From assembly GCF_001194135.2 (NCBI RefSeq), contig NC_068984.1:97022538-97086537 (forward strand): 64,000 nucleotides of DNA, in the 5' to 3' direction. The notes beneath the pieces were generated by a model. That model was not told the DNA's origin, did not search any database, and was given only the letters and a program-made list of their open reading frames with translations. Made by a program: the position numbers and the translations under genes. This document shows positions 63,709 to 64,000 of this stretch, piece after piece (within the stretch, counting starts at the first letter, position 1; every line of letters begins with the position of its first letter). The DNA comes from Octopus bimaculoides. Its lineage: Eukaryota.

Positions 63709-64000
63709 TTTTATTTTTATAACGTGCTTTCACTTCACTACCGAGCGCAGCTCTGTGCGCCTTGGGTATGTGCTGTGGTTTGCTGTGGTGCTCTTATGTT
63801 TACTGTATTGAAAGTGTTTTGCGTAGAATGTGTGCAGTACCCAGTAGTGCAATTTTCTGTATGTTATATATATTTGTAAGTCCTATTTTTGTTATGTATT
63901 TGTCTGAATATTTTTTTATTATACCTAAGGCACCTACTATGATAGGAATTGTTTCTGTTTTTAGATTCCACATTCGAGTTATCTCTATTTCCAGGTCTTT

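Noticed and set aside
1-64000. RNA-guided nuclease (Fanzor/TnpB-like), viral or bacterial HGT genes
   Set aside because: I saw no RuvC or zinc-ribbon ORF and no long intronless ORF of foreign composition. Very decayed remnants could be missed without an HMM search.

Overview
AT-rich, repeat-dense animal genomic DNA with 7 assembly gaps. The SINE, RTE-LINE and MITE families look like those of a coleoid cephalopod, most likely Octopus; this is recognition, not a database result. Much of the window is decayed mobile DNA: several SINE families, RTE, CR1-like and Dong/R4-like LINEs, mariner/Tc1, pogo and hAT remnants, and Merlin-like, piggyBac-like and foldback MITEs, plus many microsatellites. 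No ORF-track entry is a convincing intact gene. Reading splice signals on both strands gives a tentative four-gene layout: gene A (-) starting near 24.7 kb; gene D (+) from ~24.8 to 43.2 kb; gene B (-) from ~61.3 down to 43.2 kb; gene C (+) from ~61.5 kb onward. They would share two CpG-retaining head-to-head promoters (~24.7-24.9 kb and ~61.3-61.6 kb) and one back-to-back poly(A) signal (43228-43241). I cannot name any of the proteins, and the exon chains are ambiguous. I found no CRISPR array, rRNA, tRNA gene, or RNA-guided nuclease ORF, and nothing that proves a new biological system. The best leads are: the symmetric gene architecture; a SINE whose target-site duplication copies a first-exon splice donor; a methylation footprint readable from SINE CpG decay; dense intronic inverted repeats (possible ADAR substrates); a PHD finger inside an RTE ORF2; and nested or rearranged DNA transposons.
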